From Eledone cirrhosa (Eukaryota), in NCBI GenBank assembly GCA_964016885.1, contig OZ024740.1:379998001-380062000 (forward strand): a stretch of 64,000 bases of DNA, given 5' to 3'. Below the pieces are notes generated by a model. That model was not told the origin of the DNA. It saw only the letters and a program-made list of their open reading frames with translations, and searched no databases. Positions 1 through 13,421 of this stretch are shown here, piece after piece. The position numbers and the translations under genes are program-made. Position 1 is the stretch's first letter. Every line of letters starts with the position of its first letter.

Positions 1-113
1 TAGGTTTCATATGTATGTATATATATTTGATAGGTTTCATATGTATGTATATATATTTGATAGGTTTCATATGTATGTATATATATTTGATAGGTTTCAT
101 ATGTATGTATATA
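1..113. repeat. 30-bp tandem repeat, about 3.8 copies (runs off the left edge)
   Basis: Unit taggtttcatatgtatgtatatatatttga starts at 1, 31, 61 and 91. Confidence 0.95.
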
Positions 114-264
114 CACACTGATATGTATATATATATCAGTGTGTGTGTCCACATGTACAGTAAGTTCTATAAGGATGCATCGTTGTAGAGCTTATTGTGC
201 ATCATAACTCGTCCCACGGACTAAGTGCACTGCCCCCTTGTATATTTTATACTAATTTTTTCCT

Positions 265-324
<60 letters not shown>

Positions 325-329
325 CCCCA

Positions 330-1260
330 AAATACTAAATCTTCTAATATAAAGTATAGTAACCCTCAAAAAACTACTCATCATAAGACTATAATAAATA
401 TTAATAATAAAACTCCTAATAAAAAAGATAAAACACCTAAATCTACAAATATAACTAAAAATAGTTGTGGTGAGATCATTAACATTATTCCTCCTAGTAA
501 AAATCATGATACAACATATAAAAATAATAAAAATAATAAACAACATAGAAACCGTAATAGACGAGTTACTTGGTATAATGCTCCTTTTAATTTACAAGTT
601 AAGGATAATATTGCTAAAAAATTTTTTTATATCCTTGAGAAAAACTTCCCGCCAAACCACAAATACCATCAAATCTTAAATAGGTCTACAGTTAAATTCT
701 CATATTCTACAACAAATAACATAAAACAAAATATAAGTGCATATAATGCATATAAATGTAAGAAAACTATAAGTATACCACCAGTACATCAAATTAACAA
801 TAATATCTCCTCAAATACAGAATTAACGAAAGGATGTAACTGTAGAAACAAAACAAACTGCCCATTAAAAGGGAATTGTCTTGTTAACAACATAGTCTAT
901 AAATGTAATGTTAAAACTAAAGATTCTATTTGCTCATATATAGGAGCTACCTCTAACAATTTTAAGACAAGGTATAATACCCACAAACATAGCTTTAAAA
1001 ATGCCGCACTGGCTAATACAACATCTCTAGCAGAAAAAATCAATAGTTATAAAAATAAAAATATAAAATATGATTTGACCTGGGGTGTGCTCAAAAGAGC
1101 CACCCCTTATCAAAATAATAGAAAGGAATGTAGATTATGTTCCCAAGAACTATTTGAAATAATGAAGTCTAGGGATATCTTATTAAATAAAAGACAGGAA
1201 TTAATTATATCGTGTAATCATAAACTAAAAAAAACATTTAAATATTATAAACCTAATTAA
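330..1260 (+). pseudogene. PLE ORF C-terminal part: RT thumb/linker and GIY-YIG endonuclease
   Basis: Motifs as in the element entry. There is one frameshift in the A/T homopolymer near 620. ORF 1075-1260 is the C-terminus. Confidence 0.9.
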
Positions 1261-1480
1261 TAACATTATTCTAGAATTTAATTTAATTTAAATGTTAGTT
1301 AACCTATAAATTTAATTTTAATTAATATTTTATTATAGATGAGAAAATATTATGTAATCATTAATTTTGAAAAACCTTTAAATATTACTAATATATATTC
1401 AGTAATTTAATTTATAGATTAATTTTAACTTATTTTAACCTTTTATTATAATTTTTTAATTTAGTTTAACCTTTTATTAT

Positions 1481-1514
<34 letters not shown>

Positions 1515-1789
1515 TATAATTCTTTTACAGATAAAATATAACAAAATAATATCATGTATCCTATGACGGAGATAGAATTTTTAGTATTATTGACCTAATT
1601 AATATACATTTTGGAAATATATTTATTATTTAGTTTTAGCTTTAATCAACCTAAAACTTTAATTTTAATTTTAATTTTGCTTAAAATTAGTATCCTTGTA
1701 CAGACGAATTGCAGAATGTCATGTAATCATAGAATGGGAGGTGTTTTTGGATATATACCTAGTTAATATATTCTGTGCAAATTTTTTGA

Positions 1790-3124
1790 AAAAGATATGT
1801 ATATCTATATGTATATGTATATGTGTGTGTTGTATGTGTATCTGTATGTATATTTATGTGACTATATATGTATGTATGTGTATATATATGTATATATATA
1901 TATATATATATGTGTATGTATATGTATATGTATGTGTATGTGTATGTATATGTATATGTGTGCGTATTAATTTTGATTTTTATTTGCATATAATTATATT
2001 ATGCTATTGATGAAATACAATATCTGCTTTATGTATTGTATACCTAATTAACATATACTAATTAACATATACTATTGAAATAAATATATAATTTTTAACT
2101 TAGTTAACATATAATTTATATGCTACTACCGATGTAATACTTTATTTTATTTTTATTTGGGTTTCTTTTCCCTATTACTAAATTCATCTCCTAATATTGA
2201 TACCATAACGTTATTAACTTTAATTTAGTTATAATGTAATTAATAATCTACTACTGTTTGACTTCATAATTCTGCTTCAAATATTATAAACCTAACTAAT
2301 TTACACCTTGGAAATCAATATGTTGACTATCTTTGGTTTAGTTGACATATGATTAATGGTATACTTTTTTATTTTGTGATGCATAGATTTCGTATTTCCT
2401 AGCACTGTAAATATGTGGGAACATACATTGAATTAAGATATGGAAAATATTATATGTTTCTTGAAACATATATTTACTTTGATCCCCTTCTCCAAACCCC
2501 CCCTTTCCCCCATACTATTATCATCTGTTTTTGTAAGTGTATATGTATGAATATATGTGTAGATGAGTGTCTATATAGTTTTTTTGGTATTTATTTCTAA
2601 ATATAAAAATACATATATGAGCATGTAAATATGAATGTAAGATTGAGTGTGTATATATGATTGTACATACATATGTATGTATATATATGTATATATATGT
2701 ATTATATATGTACGTGTATGTGAATGTGTGGTATGTATATGTGTATGTATATGTATATATGTGTGTGTATGTGTATGCTTGTATATAGGAATATATATGT
2801 GTGTATATATGTATATATATGTATATGCGTGTTTGTATGTATGTGTATATGGGTTCTGTATATATTTGTATGTCTCTCTATTTATATGTTTATCTTCGTA
2901 TCTATGTGATATATGTGTGTGTGTGTGCACGTATGCATATGTATGTGTTTGTGTGTGTTTCTATGTGTGTGTGTATATATATATGTGTATTTGCGCACAC
3001 TCACATACACATATATATATATATATATATATATGTGAGTGTGTATGTGTGTCTGTATGTGTGTGCGTGTGTGTATATGTGTATATATATATATATGTGT
3101 ATGTATGTGTATGTGTGTGTATAT

Positions 3125-3166
<42 letters not shown>

Positions 3167-3307
3167 GTATATAGGTGTCTATGTGTGAATATATGTCTTT
3201 ATTCGTATGTGTGTATTTATATATGTTTATATTTAGGTGTATGTATGTATGTGTATGTATGTATGTATATGTATGTATGTGTATGTATATGTGTATATGT
3301 GTGTATA

Positions 3308-3346
<39 letters not shown>

Positions 3347-3707
3347 CTTTATTATTATTGTAATATAACTTATGTGTATATGTGTATAAGTGAGGTTGTG
3401 TATGTATATATACTATGTGTATATATAAGAGTAATGAAATATATATATATATATATATATATGTGCATGTCTGTATTTTATGTGTGTGTGTATATATATA
3501 TGTGTATGTGTGTATATATGTATGTATATATACATATATGTGTACGTGTGTGTATGTTGATATATATATGTATATATATATATATATATATATACATCTG
3601 GATGTTTGTATGTGTTTTTATGGTGGTATGAGTGTGGGATATATATGTTTGTGTATAAGTGTATGTATGTGTATGTATATATATATGAGTCTATGTGTGT
3701 GTGTATA

Positions 3708-3760
<53 letters not shown>

Positions 3761-3960
3761 ATGTGTGTATGTGTTGCGCGTGTGTGTGTCCGTATTTATA
3801 TCTTTTTATATGTGTATGTGTATGTTCGTGTAAATGTATGTGTGTGTATGACAGTATAGGTATGTGTGTATGTATGTATGTGTAGATATCTCTATGTGCG
3901 CGTACATGTATGTATGTGTATGTATATCTGTATGCGTATGTACATTATATTATATGTATT
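1790..3960. repeat. Compound (TA)/(TG)/(TATG) microsatellite tracts
   Basis: Directly visible. They generate the YIYI/CVCV pseudo-ORFs. Confidence 0.9.
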
Positions 3961-4528
3961 ATATTTTATTGTTTTTATTTTTTTATTTTTCATAATTTAT
4001 AGATACATTTATATTAGGCTGTCTGGTCTGACAACCTAATACTGACCCCTCCCCCCCTCCCACCTAATTTCTGTATCTTGATCTTGAAATGTGTGTGCCA
4101 GTGTGTTTATGTGAGTGACTTAATTTCTATTTGCTTATGATTTTATATCCACATATATAAATGTGAGTGGGAGAGTGTGTGTGTTTGTGTGTTCGTGGTT
4201 ATGTGTATATTTATATATATACGCACATGTATGTGTGATTATGCTGATATGTGTGAGTGTGAAGAAAAAATATATTTATGTGCTTGACTCCATAAGTATC
4301 ATTGCGTATCTTATCAGCGCATTAAGCTTACAGAGATATTAACCTTGAAATTTTTTATTTGCATCCATCTTTTTAGTATGCACATACAAATTATACACAC
4401 ATTATTGTAAAATGTGTGTGGGGTTTTACATGTATATACACACACCAAACTGCTTTTTAACCCTTTGTGTTTTCATTGGTCAATTTTGAACTGATATTTT
4501 GAATTGTTGTTATTATCAATAAATATAC

Positions 4529-4683
4529 TTCATTATTTCTGAAGACGGCGTATATATGAGTTGGGTATGTATATTTAATCTTGATAATTTGTATAATTTT
4601 GTATAATTTTGTACATAGATCTGTTAAATATGCATACCAATTATAACACATATATACCCTAGAAACGATCGTTAAATAGTGAA
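4529..4683 (+). ncRNA. Type I hammerhead ribozyme with a very long stem II (PLE pLTR)
   Basis: Stem I ttcattattt/aaatagtgaa, CTGAAGA at 4539, a ~115-nt hairpin stem II, GAAA at 4662, stem III c-gatc-g, triplet GUU. Confidence 0.8.
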
Positions 4684-4728
4684 CTTTTTTTGTTTAATAT
4701 AAGGAATTATTTGTTCATTATTTGTTTA

Positions 4729-4776
<48 letters not shown>

Positions 4777-4778
<2 letters not shown>

Positions 4779-4960
4779 GGCATGTGGCTTAGTGGTTAGA
4801 GAATTCGATTCGCAATTGTTGTGAGTTCGATTACTGGACCGGGCAATGCGTTATGTCCTTGAGCAAGACACTTTATTTCACGTTACTCCTTCTACCTGGA
4901 GCTGCGACCGATAGCTAGTACTAGCAATTGGAAAGACCAATGGAAACATATTTCCGTCCA
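4777..4960 (+). mobile_element. tRNA-derived SINE, family A
   Basis: A box-like tggcttagtggtt, B box-like gagttcgatt, then the core gtccttgagcaagacactttatttcac shared with 30793, 50630 and 61912. Confidence 0.8.
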
Positions 4961-5100
4961 GAAATAGCCGTCTAAACGGCTTGAGCTCTGCCGTCGGGGT
5001 CCTGAATATTTTCCTATTACCCACTCTACTACCCAAAGTATCGAGTACTCTGGTGCGTTATGGTCCACCTGGTTCCTTACCACACTCCCTTCGTTATATA

Positions 5101-5179
<79 letters not shown>

Positions 5180-5498
5180 AGGTGGATCGAAAACTATCGA
5201 AATGAAAATGATCGAAACGAAGAGCTGACGGAAAATGAATTTCATAGAAACATTGAAAATTCGAAGGTGACGAATAACTCTTAAAACAGCCGAATGCCGT
5301 CAATAACAACAGCATGAAAAGAGGGCAAAAATAGCCGTAGGGCCGAAAACCAGTGGTCAGTGGTAACTACAGAGTGGCTGAAAGTTGAAGGTGGGTAAAA
5401 AGTATGAATGATTAAGAGAGGAGTGTGTTGGCATGTAGGGGTGTTATGGGAAGCAGAAAAAAGAAAACAAATGGAGACTAAGTTTAAAATAAATAATT

Positions 5499-5596
<98 letters not shown>

Positions 5597-5685
5597 AGAG
5601 AGAGAGAAAGTAGTTGTTTTAATTCTTTGAAATCGGCATATATCACGGTTTCTATTTATGTATGCATGTTCGTACTTATTTATGT

Positions 5686-5765
<80 letters not shown>

Positions 5766-5767
5766 AT

Positions 5768-6299
5768 GTCAGGTCGCTCTCGACTGCTACAAGTAACATG
5801 TAACTCAGTACAACCCACCTCATGGTCGGGTCGTCGGCAACTAAATCGGCAACCCCACCAAGCTTGCTTGGTGAGGAGGGCGATATTTGGACACCCTGCA
5901 GGATGAAATACAAGACCCGGCAAAGGGGGGAGGAACTCAGCAGAGTCAACGGCCATCCAAATAGTGCTTTTTTCTTTTTTCACCTGGGTGTGAAAAGCCC
6001 CCAGTTGTTGTCACAACACCTTTCTAGGAGAGGGAAACACTGAAAAAGAAAAATCTGCGGCTTCGGAAGCATCCGATGATGTTGACCAGATTTCCTTTTC
6101 GGGTAGTGTTTTCGATGCTCAGAGAGTGGGATTAGTCGAGTGCAAGGCCTTTCCTCACTTAAAAAACATTCAAAGCACAGGCATTGCTTGTTCAGGATAT
6201 GTTACAGGTTTGTGTGACTTGCCCTAGCCTAAAAGTGCACCAAACTCTATAATTCTCCAAGCAATTGCAGTACTCTTAGCAGAGTTTGCAGCCATCATG
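5768..6299 (+). mobile_element. Non-coding structured repeat in (TATG)n, LINE 5'-UTR-like (copy 1)
   Basis: Starts gtcaggtcgctc and ends gcagccatcat. Homologous to 10045, 13868, 42734 and 43439. TATG repeats lie on both sides. Confidence 0.85.
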
Positions 6300-6309
6300 T
6301 ATGTATTAC

Positions 6310-7060
<751 letters not shown>

Positions 7061-7379
7061 CATTGACATGCATTGCATCGTCATAGATTTATTGTCGAAC
7101 CGATAGTGGAAGTAGCATGGGACTATGAGACGTTTATCTGATGTCTCGATAAGAAAACGAGATATAATATAAAGCATTATCTCAAATAATCTCTATATAT
7201 TACATTATGTCAAACTGCAGTAAATAAAATTAGCTATTTCCCAATAAAACCTTTGGAGAATAGTAGCTAGCAGATAAGAACATCTCTTTGGCCATAATCC
7301 ATCCTTAAATACAAAATGAAACTATTATTAAATTTAGCCGCCTCTCCATTCGGAGGGAGGATTTTCCCCATAAAGCTTC

Positions 7380-8010
7380 GGCTGAAAGAAAGGTCTCTGA
7401 GGGTGGTGCAAGTTTACGTGTCAAACAGAGAGCCCAAATACAGATCCTTCTTTTAAGAAGTAACTGCAGCATTAGATTTAGTTAAGACTGAGTCATATAT
7501 CCTATTGGGAGACTTCAATGCACATGTTGGAACTGACTACCTTATATGGAAAGGAGTAAGTGGGAGGAATGGCGAATCCGATCTAAATATGAATGGAGCG
7601 GCCTTATTACACATATCTTATAGTAATAGGCTCTCTATTATGAACACCTTCTTTCAAGCATTCATAAACACACATCGTATAAGGGGAAGCGGAGACTGAG
7701 ATCAATAATTGATTGTGTTATTTTCTCGGATCTCTTCGATTCTGCGCTGACTGTTCGTGTTAACAGAATGGCTGAGCTGTCAACTGATCACTATCTAGTT
7801 ACCTGCAACCTGAGACTACCTAAAGCCAAGAGAGATCACAAAACTTGCCGGTCCAGGTCGTTCTACAGGATAAAGTGGAAAGCGTTGGCAAATAAGGAAG
7901 TAAGAAACAGGTTTGCAAATACGAATGCATCCAAATTCAGACAACTCCCTGATCAAATGAGGACGTTGAAATGGAGCGGAGACTGTTCAGCTCAGCCGTT
8001 TATGCTTCAG
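7380..8010 (+). pseudogene. RTE-clade LINE fragment, AP endonuclease region
   Basis: LLGDFNAHVG, GRNGESDLNMNG, IMNTFF and AELSTDHYLV motifs, with frameshifts. A (GAA)n tract follows at 8028-8091. Confidence 0.85.
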
Positions 8011-9013
8011 ATGTTAAGTGAAAAAACGAAGAAGAAGAAGAAGAAGAAGAAGAAGAAGAAGAAGAAGAAGAAGAAGAAGAAGAAGAAGAAGGTTTATGAT
8101 ATCGGAGACAATTGTTTTACTTTCATTTACAAGTGTAAAGAGCATTAACTATAACCGCAGTAAGATTTGCCAAGGGCAGTGACTCTAGAAACCGAGGGTG
8201 GGGATTAAAATCGAATGCATATTTCTTTCCACCTACTTGTCTATCAGTCACCAATTTGTTAGATACAGAATGCTCTTGAAGGTATTAGTTGAAAGAGCTT
8301 GTGTAACTTTTATACAATTTTAGGGAAGCAACAGATCAATAGTTGTCTGCCAAATCGGTGTATTCATTCTTTACATGATTGTTTGTGCTAAGGCATGCCA
8401 AGTTTGTATTTGCATCTGGCTTTCCATGACTATTATAAATATACAATTTAGTTACTTCCTGTAGAACGTCAACAACGTTTACCCGTCTTTAACTATTAGG
8501 TCAAACTCTGGTGTTTTACAGCTTCCCCAATTTTGTTGAAAGCTGTTTATGTAAGTTTTATTTTTGATATTGCTACATTCTTTCTTATTGATTGTATCTA
8601 GTCATTATACATTTTGATTGAAATGATATCCTTTTTTTTTCATTGTAGATCTAAGATTAATTTTCTTCACCCTCCGATATACAGCTTGCCGATTAGAAGA
8701 AAATTGCGGTTAATGCTGTAATTCAGTAGTCTTTTTTCTGATAACGTAGTTTTTCATTCAACGTCTTTAGGTCGTGTTTTTCAATGTTTGAAAATTTATA
8801 AATTGCAGTTATCAATTTTTTTTTCCAATTTTTAATTACTTGAAGGTTTCCCGTAAGAAAGAAGCTGGTTTCTTATAAAGAAACAAAACATTATCGTTTG
8901 AGTTTGGATAACAAATCAGTGACTGGCACACGTTGGAGAATGTATGTATGTATGTATGTATGTATGTATGTATGTATGTATGTATGTATGTATGTATGTA
9001 TGTATGTATGTAT

Positions 9014-9996
9014 GTTCTTCTGGTTTTATAATTTCACAAATTCTTTCCCAATAGAGAGAGAGTCAGTTTCTAACATAGACACAAGACTCTCATTGGAATT
9101 TACACATCAACTTGGTAGATTATGTATGCATACATGCAGGTATAGATATGGATGTTATTGTATGTGTGGATGTGGATGTTTTGAGTTCTATGTGTGCATG
9201 TGTATATGCTTTGTATCTGTACATGTGTATATGCAGTTATTAGCTGCACATTTTTTGGAATGTTTTACATATTTTTACTATACCATTAATGGATTGTACT
9301 TGTAATTTACTAACTAGTTGTGTTCTTTCTGTTCCTGTGAAGCCTAGCTTCTCAAGATTTGTATTGAGGCAGTTACTAACATACCCCAGTGCCCCAATAA
9401 TCACAGGCATAAATCTGAAGGTGTAATCAGGGTGGAGTATCTGCAGATTTCTCATCAGTTCTGCATAAATATTCTCCTTTTCGCTAATTTTTGATATTAT
9501 ATTGGCATCTTCTGGGCAGCTAATTTCCACTACTGTGCATGCTTTTTTCTCCCTGTCCCATATCATAATATCTGGTCTGTTATGCTTGCATTTTATTGGG
9601 GTTTTTACTGGAACATTCCACCAGTACTCTTTCATATTATGTACATGGATGTCTTCCGCATTGCTGTAGCTTTTAATGTGTTTATTAACGGAGCTATCTT
9701 TTTTACGGATTGCATTGTACAGTGTTTTGGCCACTACATCATGCCTCATAGGTAGATAGTACCGCGATGACATCTTTGGACAGCTGCTGATGACATGGGT
9801 GACATCTTCGATGTTAATTCTGCAGAGTCTGCACTTATTATCACATCTAGGTGTTTTGCCTGCATCCCTATCTCTTTTGTGAATCGAGTATTTCGTGTTA
9901 ATTTCCTTTTCTTGGATTCCAAAAGCGTATCCTTCAAAGTGGTAACCAATATAGCGGTTGTTGGTCCAAGATAGACTACTTTCCTTATCTATATTA
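9014..9996 (-). mobile_element. 5'-truncated R4/Dong-like non-LTR element (CCHC knuckle plus restriction-like endonuclease)
   Basis: The frame upstream of ORF 9240-9773 reads EGYAFGIQEKEINTK...CRLC...HVISSC. The ORF has RHD, NRPDI, VVEISCP, EKENIY and IIGALG. (CATA)n lies at both ends in element sense. Confidence 0.85.
9240..9996 (-). pseudogene. RLE-type retrotransposon ORF C-terminus (PD-(D/E)xK endonuclease)
   Basis: ORF 9240-9773 plus its open upstream extension. Confidence 0.85.
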
Positions 9997-10044
9997 CTAT
10001 GTATGTATGTATGTATGTATGTATGTATGTATGTATGTATTTAT

Positions 10045-10659
10045 GTCAGGTCACCAGTTGGTGCTACTGGTAACATATATCCCAGTACAACCTGTCTCAT
10101 GGTCGGGTCGATGGTGACAAACTGGCACCCCCCCCCCCCCAAGGTTCCTTGGTGAGGAGGGTGACTTTGGACATCCTGCAAGACTAAAAACAAAACCTGT
10201 TAAATGGCAAAGGAGCTCTTAAGAGTCAATGTCCATCCAAAATCACCGGGAGAGATGACCCCTTAGCCTTTGTCAAGGCAGAATTCTAGGAGAAAGAAAA
10301 CTCTGATATAACACCTACAACCCCGATGGTATCCAAGGATGTTGACATGTTCTTCTTTCTGGTAAATATCATCTTGGTTAAGAGAGTGGGGCTGGCTTTG
10401 TGCAGTGCCTTTGCTCACTATAAAAGCTTCACGGCACAGGCATTGCTTTATATCTGGAGATCTCTCTGCACTTGTCGTCACATGGTACCATGGGCCCAGC
10501 ACTATATGTCAATAATTGTCACAAGTGTAGTGTTTGTACCAGAGTTTTCAAGTCGCTGGCTGGACTAAAATGTCACACTCGTTCAGCGCATCGGTAGGGG
10601 TTCTCCTACATGGATGTAAAGTAGTGGCCATACTCGAAAACGAGTTGGCAGCCACCAGG
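10045..10659 (+). mobile_element. Structured (TATG)n-associated repeat (copy 2)
   Basis: gtcaggtcacc...ggtgaggagggtga...gagtcaatgtccatcc...ggccatactcgaaaacgagttggcagccacc, followed by TATG. Confidence 0.85.
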
Positions 10660-11099
10660 TATGTATGTATATATGTATGTATGTATGTATGCATCCATCT
10701 ATGTATGTATGTACGTGTGTATGTATGTATGTATGCATGCATGTGTGTATGTATGTATGTATGTATGGTGTGTGTATGTAAGATCCAATTCGTTATTTTA
10801 GTTATTCCAATTCATCCTATAAAGTATAAGATGGTGTCTCACAGAGAAACAAAGCTTCATAACTGGAATTTAGATAAAAACGCCTAAAGTTCCACTAAAA
10901 TTTGGAAAATGTTTTTTTTTTGTTTTTTTTTTGGCTATTCACTTTCTTTGGCTGAACACCGCGTGCATACATACATGCATTTCTGCATTTCACTACCTTT
11001 CTCTCTCTCTCTCCACACATCTATTTTGAGATTATTTCTTAGAAAACATAACTAAGATTTGTACAAATGTTTATGAATATAATGGAAAAATTATACTCT

Positions 11100-11390
11100 G
11101 GGTAGAAAAATAATTTTTGAAGCAATAACCCATATTCTATGACGAGCACTAACTGTCTTTTGGTGTCATGAATGTTACCTGGATACAGCTTAAGGTCATT
11201 GACAAATAAAGTATTGTTGACATTAGGCTTTCTTTGCTTTGCAGATCCTAATATATAGCATTGACATTTCCTGAACAGGATTGACAAGAGGTTCAATGTT
11301 CGCACAGCCAAGCTGTCACACAGGAATATTTGTTGGTAATTTAATTCTGTTTGTGACTATAGTAGTTGTATCAATCTTTAAAGATAGATG
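11100..11390 (-). pseudogene. Degenerate RT fragment of an R4/Dong-like element
   Basis: NNTLFVNDLKLY matches the xHLLFVDDLKLY catalytic motif. Confidence 0.6.
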
Positions 11391-11397
11391 TGTGTTA

Positions 11398-11838
11398 CAG
11401 TAAGACCCTACTTACGAACTTCCGTAGATAAGAACAGTCTCAAGAAGAAAAAGAATTCGCTGTTTTGTTGTGTTATTCCGGGCTGGGTTCGTTTTTTGTG
11501 GGCTCTTTCAGGCTCTGGGTTCCTTCTTTTGAGACATAAAAACAAGCCGAAATCGTACCTACGGTTTGGGATACCATTCTGATTTTGCAGATTTGAAAAG
11601 TACTTTTTTCTTGAACAATTTATTGTCATTAGCTTTACAGTATTTAAATTACATGTTATATATAGTACCTCTATATACTATATATATATATATATATCAC
11701 TCATATGGAAACCTGCAGTATCAATGTAACATATATAAGATTAGTGGTACATACTGTGATAGACGATCAACTTACGATCAAATCAACTAACGGACGGCCT
11801 CTTGGAACTTAACTCATTCGTAAGTTGGAGACTTACTG
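11398..11838. mobile_element. Tc1/mariner-pogo (Tigger-like) MITE
   Basis: Imperfect TIRs cagtaagaccctacttacgaa / ttcgtaagttggagacttactg, with TA on both sides. Confidence 0.75.
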
Positions 11839-13227
11839 TATTTTACCCATAAGTGTGAGCGTGAGGTAGGGGGGATGTCAAATGTTGTCTGATAATCTAA
11901 CCATACAGTTAGTAGATTTTAGTGATAGTGTCTTGCTTCCCCCATGCGAAGCTGTTCGACAGATTCTTTTTTTCTTCTCCTACCTGCTCTTTAGTGACCA
12001 CATATTTTATTTCACACTTGTCTTGTAGAAACATGTTCAAGCAACGTGTGTACAATTTATGTATAGCAATGGACCTGTATATTTTTCACCGTAGGAGTCT
12101 CATGTTCTTAGGTATGTGCTGTCTGGCAAATCGAGTTTAGCAGCCATTATTATTTTAACAGCTCGACGAGAGCTTCCCTGCATAATCTAAACTTCCAATA
12201 CTAATAGCTGACTATCAGATTTCTCCGTGGTGATTTTTCCATTCGATCTGTTTTCAACAATTCAAAGATATTATATGTTTTGGGAGAGACGCTTGCGCAC
12301 TAATTAATTCGTTGTTCATTTAATCATACAGTACGTCTGTATAGTAGTTCGCGTAAAATATGCATGTGTACATTTAATATATGTAAACATGAGTGTATAT
12401 ATATATGTACGTGTACATATATATATTTGGGTGCGTGAAAAAGTATGCTTATGCTTTAATTGTACTTGACTATATATTTATGTACAACTGGGTACAAAGA
12501 ACACTTGAGATCAGTTGATATCATTTTGTTATTAACTATTACGTTATATGATATACATGCCTTAGGAACGTTTATGTTCATTTTGTGAAGCTACGGTCTC
12601 CTTTGCAAGGTCTTCAGAGAATTGTTCTCTATTATTTTACAAACTTTATAGTTTATAGTTTATCAATGAGGTAGTTGTATACATGCGTGGTTGTAATTAT
12701 ATGAATGTAGATAAATACTATGTTGTTTGTAAAGAGATTAAGAGGTAAATTAGTGCGCCTGTATGCAAACACAAATATATTTTAAAAGAAATGCACATAC
12801 AAACAGAAGTAAATACATGAGATCAAACTTATTTGCAGCTTTATTGGTTCTCCCCCATTTAACAGAATTTTTGTTGTTAAATTGGCCGGACGTCTTTTAT
12901 TGATATGTAGAACATGTTGCGAAGGCGATTTCCTCCAAATAATCAGTATTGTGTGTATATAGACCAAATATATAACAATTCTGCCTTTGATATATTTATA
13001 ATTATTCATGGAATATTATATATCAATTTTAACATTAAAGGGAGCCATGGAATACTACGAAACCATAACATTATATTAAGATACGCACTTCACAGAAAAG
13101 AAAGTATTTCCTTTGGAATTTATATATTTAGGCGTAGTTGTAAGAGTAAAACAGATATATTGTACATACATTTTACAGAGAAAACAGAAGGAAAGATATG
13201 AGTGGAGGGAATGCATGAGAGTAAAGG

Positions 13228-13421
13228 CAGACCTGCCAACCTCTAAATACCCAAACGTGGAGTTCCATGAAAAAAAGTGCCCCAAAACAAGGAGAAATGA
13301 GGTAAAATGGAGAGATTTTACATAATGAAAGCTATACTTATTTTCACAAGAGAAGACATCTCTCAACCACCCAAAGTGGGTGGGAGATTTCCACGTCGGA
13401 CGGGGAGAGTTGACAGGTCTG
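13228..13421. mobile_element. hAT-like MITE
   Basis: TIRs cagacctgccaac / gttgacaggtctg. Imperfect flanking duplication gtaaagg/gaaaagg. Confidence 0.65.

Larger units (their letters stand above)
323..4735 (+). mobile_element. 5'-truncated Penelope-like element (Neptune-type) with a microsatellite-expanded 3' region
   Basis: Manual translation gives WYNAPF, KFSYST, the CNCRNKTNCPLKGNCL Zn linker, a GIY-YIG region (IVYKC...YIGAT...FKTRYNTH) and CRLC...LLNKRQE. A hammerhead lies at 4529-4683. (TA)n flanks both ends. Continuity across the repeat tract is inferred. Confidence 0.8.

Noticed and set aside
1-113. Regular 30-bp repeats as a possible CRISPR array
   Set aside because: There are no unique spacers and the context is eukaryotic. 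It is a plain tandem repeat.
1696-3885. Many 60-276 aa ORFs rich in YI/CV/HT (also near 5400, 6500, 14350, 20000, 31000-32600 and 36300-37150)
   Set aside because: These are stop-free translations of microsatellites, not genes.
4777-4850. tRNA-like sequences here and at other SINE heads
   Set aside because: They have A/B boxes but no complete cloverleaf, and they continue into SINE cores.
5768-5860. HDV-like or twister ribozyme at the 5' end of the structured repeat
   Set aside because: I could not assign P1/P1.1/P3 or the twister pseudoknots consistently across copies.
7768-8148. ORF with a poly-lysine tract
   Set aside because: An RTE fragment reading into a (GAA)n microsatellite.
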